20,000 bases of DNA from an uncultured virus (IMG/VR IMGVR_UViG_3300045996_002278) (taxonomy: Duplodnaviria; Heunggongvirae; Uroviricota; Caudoviricetes). The stretch is from IMG/VR virus record IMGVR_UViG_3300045996_002278; one strand, 5' to 3'. The position numbers were made by a program, and so were the translations under genes. Below are positions 15,979 through 20,000 of this stretch, piece after piece; position 1 is the first letter of the stretch; each line of letters starts with the position of its first letter. A model generated the notes under the pieces. That model was not told where the DNA came from, did not search any database, and saw only the letters and a list, made by a program, of their open reading frames with translations.

Positions 15979-16463
15979 TGGCCCACAAAAATATCTTGCC
16001 ATTCATCAAGAAGCCGTCGGTGTTCCGGAAGCGGGTGGCCGCCTGGCTCAGGATTGAGCGTGCCACCGACGAGCAGGCGCTGGAGCTGCTCGACGCCTTG
16101 TACGCAGGAGCCATTGCAGGTTCCAAGTACGGGGGTTTCCGTGACGACCCGCATGGCTTCGTGGAGAGGGCTGGAGGCACACCCCCAACCCACGCGCAGC
16201 ATGTGCCCGAGATCTCGGAAAGCACCTACTACTGGGAGATCGAGAGTACCAGCGGGTGCGGCTGTCTGGTAGATACCCTGGAACAGATTCAGGGTTTTCG
16301 GCCAGAGGGTCGGATGGGGGTGGTAAAGGAGCAGACGTTCGCGCTCGCGATGTACATTCCTCTTGGCGCCACACCCGAGACTCATGAGTGGGCGAAGGCG
16401 GCCGCCGATGGGATCGAGGACTACCTGGCCAGCGGTAAATTCAGGAAATGGAGCTGGGAATGA
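15978..16463 (+). CDS. Hypothetical protein (161 aa)
   Basis: GGGAGG SD; TGATG overlap. Confidence 0.75.
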   Translation: MAHKNILPFIKKPSVFRKRVAAWLRIERATDEQALELLDALYAGAIAGSKYGGFRDDPHGFVERAGGTPPTHAQHVPEISESTYYWEIESTSGCGCLVDTLEQIQGFRPEGRMGVVKEQTFALAMYIPLGATPETHEWAKAAADGIEDYLASGKFRKWSWE

Positions 16464-16642
16464 GCACCAGTAGCACGAAGCTCAGCGACCAACAGATCCA
16501 GCAGATCTTGGATCTCAACGAGAAGAAAGAGGCGCACGACCAGTCACCCTCCTCGGCGTGGATCGTCGCACGGATGGCCGAGGAGATCCAGGCTCACCGG
16601 GCCAAGCAGGTGGCCGTGGACTACGTGAAGAGCATCCCGTGA
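16460..16642 (+). CDS. Hypothetical protein (60 aa, MSTSSTKLSD...)
   Basis: ATGA overlap; GGAG SD. Confidence 0.7.
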   Translation: MSTSSTKLSDQQIQQILDLNEKKEAHDQSPSSAWIVARMAEEIQAHRAKQVAVDYVKSIP

Positions 16643-16809
16643 GCCAGTGCGAGGCGTGGTACCGGGCACCGGGCCGTACGTGGGTCCGGTGCCAGCAGGA
16701 GGCGACGGAGCTGTTCACCTTCGCGCTCCAGCAGAAGGAGTACTGCAAGGAGCATGCGGATCAGTTCGAGCAGAACCTGCCCAAGGGCACGTTCCACAGG
16801 GAAGGGTAA
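16639..16809 (+). CDS. Cys/His micro-protein (56 aa, MSQCEAW...C...YCKEH)
   Basis: GTGA overlap; C..C..CxxH pattern. Confidence 0.65.
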   Translation: MSQCEAWYRAPGRTWVRCQQEATELFTFALQQKEYCKEHADQFEQNLPKGTFHREG

Positions 16810-16848
16810 CGGGTTTAGCAGCTGCCGGGTGCAAGCCCCGGCCCCGTT
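16808..16848 (+). ncRNA. tRNA-like mini-element 9
   Basis: AACGGG/CCCGTT stem; linker contains GCAGCT as in element 3; T-arm CCGGG-TGCAAGC-CCCGG with a loop like element 1. Confidence 0.6.
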
Positions 16849-16928
16849 CTGATGTTATACGGTGCTCCGCGAAGCCCCCGCGGAGTCATCCCAGGTGCCC
16901 CGGGACACATCGCGGCAGCCCTGGCATT

Positions 16929-16974
16929 TTGTTACATTCTTTGGGGTGGACTTCCCTTGTGCAGATGGTAAATT
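16929..16974 (+). promoter_or_regulatory. Repeated phage promoter, copy C
   Basis: TTGTTAC..TGGACT (16947-16952), 16 nt spacer ending GCAGATGG, TAAATT (16969-16974). Confidence 0.65.
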
Positions 16975-16998
16975 GTAGCATAGAAAGGAGAACTAAAC

Positions 16999-17202
16999 AT
17001 GCTCATGTGGACACGCCTGAAGCGAGCGTCCCTTCTGGACCGGGATGTCTTCGCCCACGTGCTGGTCCAGGAGAACCTGGGTGTCGGCGACCCGCCCCAC
17101 CTGGTGGGCACCCTGGTCATGTCGGAGGACGAGTGGCTGGCGATGACCCCGTGCCTCGTGGGACTGGGGCACACGGTGGTAGACGAGGAGCGGATACCCT
17201 GA
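16999..17202 (+). CDS. Hypothetical protein (67 aa)
   Basis: AGAAAGGAG SD. Confidence 0.75.
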   Translation: MLMWTRLKRASLLDRDVFAHVLVQENLGVGDPPHLVGTLVMSEDEWLAMTPCLVGLGHTVVDEERIP

Positions 17203-17396
17203 TGGGCTGCCACCACGACATCGTCAACTCGGCCGGCATCTGCATGCAGTGCCAGAGCCAGGTCGACAAGCCCCTGCCCAAGATCGTGGAATGTACCCGC
17301 TGCCACGAGGAGGTCTACGGGGGTAAGACCTACGACATCCCCGGTCTCTTCGAGAACATCTGTTACACCTGCTACGTGGAGGTGGGCGGCAAATGA
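17202..17396 (+). CDS. Cys-rich zinc-finger micro-protein (64 aa, MGCHH...CMQC...CTRC...CYTC)
   Basis: TGATG overlap; GAGGAG SD; three CxxC motifs. Confidence 0.75.
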   Translation: MGCHHDIVNSAGICMQCQSQVDKPLPKIVECTRCHEEVYGGKTYDIPGLFENICYTCYVEVGGK

Positions 17397-17767
17397 AGAG
17401 CCTCCAGGAAATCTCCTCGATCGCGCGAGACATGGAGTACCAGCTCCGGCAACTTCATGTATCGTTGCGCGAGCTGAAGGAAACGGTACAGAAGATACAG
17501 AACGCAACGAACCGCCAGGTTCTCACCATCGAGCTGGACGTGGCTACACCAGAGGACGTCGAGCAGGGTGATGACTTCATCCGGAGGATGAGCAAGGGAC
17601 GCCCCGGAATGAAGGGGAGACTGGTCTCTAATCAGGGACCAGGCGGTGGTTGGCCGGTGTTCCGATTCACCGGGCCGTACTGGCAGCTCCTCGAGGCCTT
17701 ACAGGAGCAGTACGACTCAGGGATCAGCAACTTGGACGCCTACGTGGTAGATGGGGCGGAGGACTGA
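17393..17767 (+). CDS. Hypothetical protein (124 aa, coiled-coil N-terminus, GPGGGWP motif)
   Basis: GGAGGT SD; ATGA overlap. Confidence 0.8.
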   Translation: MKSLQEISSIARDMEYQLRQLHVSLRELKETVQKIQNATNRQVLTIELDVATPEDVEQGDDFIRRMSKGRPGMKGRLVSNQGPGGGWPVFRFTGPYWQLLEALQEQYDSGISNLDAYVVDGAED

Positions 17768-18003
17768 TGGCCACCCGGGAGCAAGCGATCCAGGCCGTCC
17801 GTGAATATACCGGCGACCCGACGCTAAAACTGAAGACCTGGCCGGACCCCAAGGTACCCGGCTGTTGGGCTCTGCAAGATGAGGAGGGTAACGGGTACCT
17901 GATCTCCGGAAACGTCAGGGGTGTACCTACGATGGGAGATGTGGAAGAGGTCGAGTTCGAAACCTGGCCCCCGAAATCCGGGCCACTCAACTTCTTCATC
18001 TGA
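17767..18003 (+). CDS. Hypothetical protein (78 aa, MATREQAIQA...)
   Basis: TGATG overlap; GGAGG SD. Confidence 0.75.
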   Translation: MATREQAIQAVREYTGDPTLKLKTWPDPKVPGCWALQDEEGNGYLISGNVRGVPTMGDVEEVEFETWPPKSGPLNFFI

Positions 18004-18215
18004 TGGCCAAATACACCGCGGTCTTCATAGACCAAGACGATGAGGTGTTCGAGCCGGTGCTGATCATCTACGCTCGTACCCTTCGAGAAGTAGAGAAGAA
18101 GGCATGGGCCTGGATGGTCGAGGAGATAGCCGACGAGACGCTCGGTCCACCGGAAAACGTCATCCGAGACATGTTCGAGCTGAAGATCAAGGGACCACCG
18201 GAGGAGATATTCTGA
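18003..18215 (+). CDS. Hypothetical acidic protein (70 aa)
   Basis: TGATG overlaps at both ends. Confidence 0.75.
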   Translation: MAKYTAVFIDQDDEVFEPVLIIYARTLREVEKKAWAWMVEEIADETLGPPENVIRDMFELKIKGPPEEIF

Positions 18216-18628
18216 TGCCCATGAGGCTATGCGCGGACCAGTGCAAGGTCTGCCCGTTCCGCCGGACCTCGGCGCCGGGTTGGCTGGGCGGGTACCGCAA
18301 CCTTGAGGTGGTGCAGGCGGCGTGGGACGGTAAGCCGTTCTTCTGTCACAGCCGCATGAACTACCAACGCCCCAACTGGCTCGAGTACGCCATGCGTAAC
18401 GGCCAGCTGTGTCTGGGCTTCCTACTCGCGATCAAGCGCTGGAAGTTCCCGGAACCGAAGGACCCCCTGATCCTGAAGGCGTACCAGGACGCCCTGGTCT
18501 ACGAGTCCAAGGTCCAGATCCTGGGCCATAGCCTGGACATCATGACGCCCCAGGAGTTCCTGCTTCACCACAAGGACCAGGCGTATCTCGACAACAAGCT
18601 CCTGCAAAGGGAGCTGGCTGATGGCTGA
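18215..18628 (+). CDS. DUF6283-like Cys/His protein (137 aa)
   Basis: CKVCPFRR..APGWLG...FFCHS...LCLG pattern; GGAGGAG SD. Confidence 0.65.
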   Translation: MPMRLCADQCKVCPFRRTSAPGWLGGYRNLEVVQAAWDGKPFFCHSRMNYQRPNWLEYAMRNGQLCLGFLLAIKRWKFPEPKDPLILKAYQDALVYESKVQILGHSLDIMTPQEFLLHHKDQAYLDNKLLQRELADG

Positions 18629-19085
18629 TTTCTGCAGGCAGTGCAGCGAGGAACTCTTCGGGCGGGACTTCGGGGACCTGAAAGGTCTCACCACCGAGGA
18701 GGATACCAAGAAGAAGCTATACACCGACGTCGTGATCTGTGAGGGATGCGGCTTCATCCAGGTTAATCACCTGGGCGAGTGCATCTCCACAGACTGCGAC
18801 AAGAAGGGACACAAGCTGTTGGAGCTATTCATCTACGCACCAGCCATGAACGCGAATCTGTTAGATAAGGCTACGCAGATCGCTAACGAGTACGGCTGGC
18901 ATTCCAGGGGATCTCGCTGGCAGCGGACCGATGGCTGGCTCTACCAGCACGTGATACTTATCGGTGGCACATTGGCCGATAAGAGGCGGTTGCAAAGTGC
19001 GATTCGTTACAGGGGATGTCACAGCTACACACCCAACCAAGCGGAATTAGCCGCGAAAGGAGAGAACACTTGCCGGACTACGTAG
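18621..19085 (+). CDS. Cys-rich phage protein (154 aa, MADFCRQC...CEGCG...GEC)
   Basis: AGGGAG SD; putative zinc-binding N-terminal domain. Confidence 0.75.
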   Translation: MADFCRQCSEELFGRDFGDLKGLTTEEDTKKKLYTDVVICEGCGFIQVNHLGECISTDCDKKGHKLLELFIYAPAMNANLLDKATQIANEYGWHSRGSRWQRTDGWLYQHVILIGGTLADKRRLQSAIRYRGCHSYTPNQAELAAKGENTCRTT

Positions 19086-20000
19086 AAACCATGGCGTACG
19101 CCGCATCAGGTGGAGAACCCTGGCACAAGCTGGGGAACCCGGTGGGCGACGCCGCGACCGTCGAGGAGATGAAGGAGCGAGCCGGCCTGGGATGGAAGAC
19201 CCTGACCGCTCCCCTCGTCTACGAGTGGGACGGGGAGATCAAGGAGACCGATCGGTGGGCCATGTTCCGGTCCGACAACGGACAGGTGCTCGATTACGTC
19301 GGTCCCCGCTACGTCCCGTTCCAGAACGACGAGATCCTCGAGTTCTTCCGCGAGTACGTGGAGGCCGGTGACATGCGGCTCGAGACGGCCGGTAGCCTGG
19401 AGGATGGCCGATGGATCTGGGCGCTGGCCAAGATGAACGTGGGCTTCAGCCTGAAGGGTGATGACCGGGTGGAGCTGTACGTCCTCCTGGCGAACCCCAA
19501 CATCTATGGCAAGGGTGGCATCGCGAAGCTCACCGAGGTTCGGGTGGTCTGCTGGAACACCCTGATGCAGGCCCTGGGTTCTGGGGAAGGCCTGAAGCTC
19601 TGGCATACCAGGGAGTTCAACGCCGAGATGCGGGATGAGGCCAAGGAACGGCTCGGCATCGCCAAGAGCCAGGTGGAGGACCTGAAGAACGAGGCCATCC
19701 TCCTGAGCCGTACCAAGCTCGACGACAAGCAGGCGTTCACCCTCTCGGCCCGGATCTTCGAGCTGGAGAAGGACGAGCTCCTCATGGCCGGCGAGCGTCG
19801 TCCTCCGAAGGAGATGGCCCGCACCCTGGCCCTGTACCACGGGGAAGGTACCGGGTCCGACATGCCCTCGTCCAAGGATACGGCCTGGGGTCTCCTGAAC
19901 GGGGTCACCCAGTTCGTAGATCACGAGTACGGGAGAACACCCTCCAGGCGGCTCGAGCGGGCCTGGTTCGGTCAGGGCGATTACGTGAAGCGCCGGGCCA
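19070..20000 (+). CDS. DUF932 / TIGR03299-family phage-plasmid protein (3' truncated by the window)
   Basis: AAAGGAG SD, TTG start. Reads MPDYVETMAY...PWHKLG...AGLGW...YVPFQN...ETAGSL..GRWIWALA...RVVCWNTL...TAWGLLNGVTQFVDH. Absent from the ORF track because it has no stop in the window. Confidence 0.85.
   Translation, partial: MPDYVETMAYAASGGEPWHKLGNPVGDAATVEEMKERAGLGWKTLTAPLVYEWDGEIKETDRWAMFRSDNGQVLDYVGPRYVPFQNDEILEFFREYVEAGDMRLETAGSLEDGRWIWALAKMNVGFSLKGDDRVELYVLLANPNIYGKGGIAKLTEVRVVCWNTLMQALGSGEGLKLWHTREFNAEMRDEAKERLGIAKSQVEDLKNEAILLSRTKLDDKQAFTLSARIFELEKDELLMAGERRPPKEMARTLALYHGEGTGSDMPSSKDTAWGLLNGVTQFVDHEYGRTPSRRLERAWFGQGDYVKRRA

Noticed and set aside
16647..17396. 249-aa plus-strand ORF
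   Set aside because: It crosses a structured spacer, a promoter and two better-supported genes; only 17202..17396 looks real.
19106..19924. 272-aa minus-strand ORF
   Set aside because: Antisense shadow of the DUF932-family gene, as is common in GC-rich DNA.

Overview
GC-rich tailed-phage genome segment centred on a divergent junction. The left arm (minus strand, 11-3529) is a DNA-packaging module: an HGG-motif terminase-small-subunit-like gene, five small ORFs and a terminase large subunit. An island of about 80% AT (about 3870-4270) carries a sigma70-type promoter firing rightwards. The right arm (plus strand, 4341-20000) is a dense early/accessory region of about 60 tiny, often translationally coupled ORFs, including DUF2786, DUF6283-like and DUF932/TIGR03299 family genes and several Cys/His micro-proteins. 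The most striking feature is non-coding: nine 41-49 nt intergenic tRNA-like mini-elements (acceptor-like stem stacked on a 5-bp T-arm with a 7-nt TTCGANT-type loop, no anticodon arm, no encoded CCA). Their stems differ in sequence but keep their pairing. Several are followed by a second TTCCANN hairpin fused to a Shine-Dalgarno site, and the three distal copies lie just upstream of a repeated phage promoter. Family assignments are from motif recognition only; no database searches or folding programs were run.
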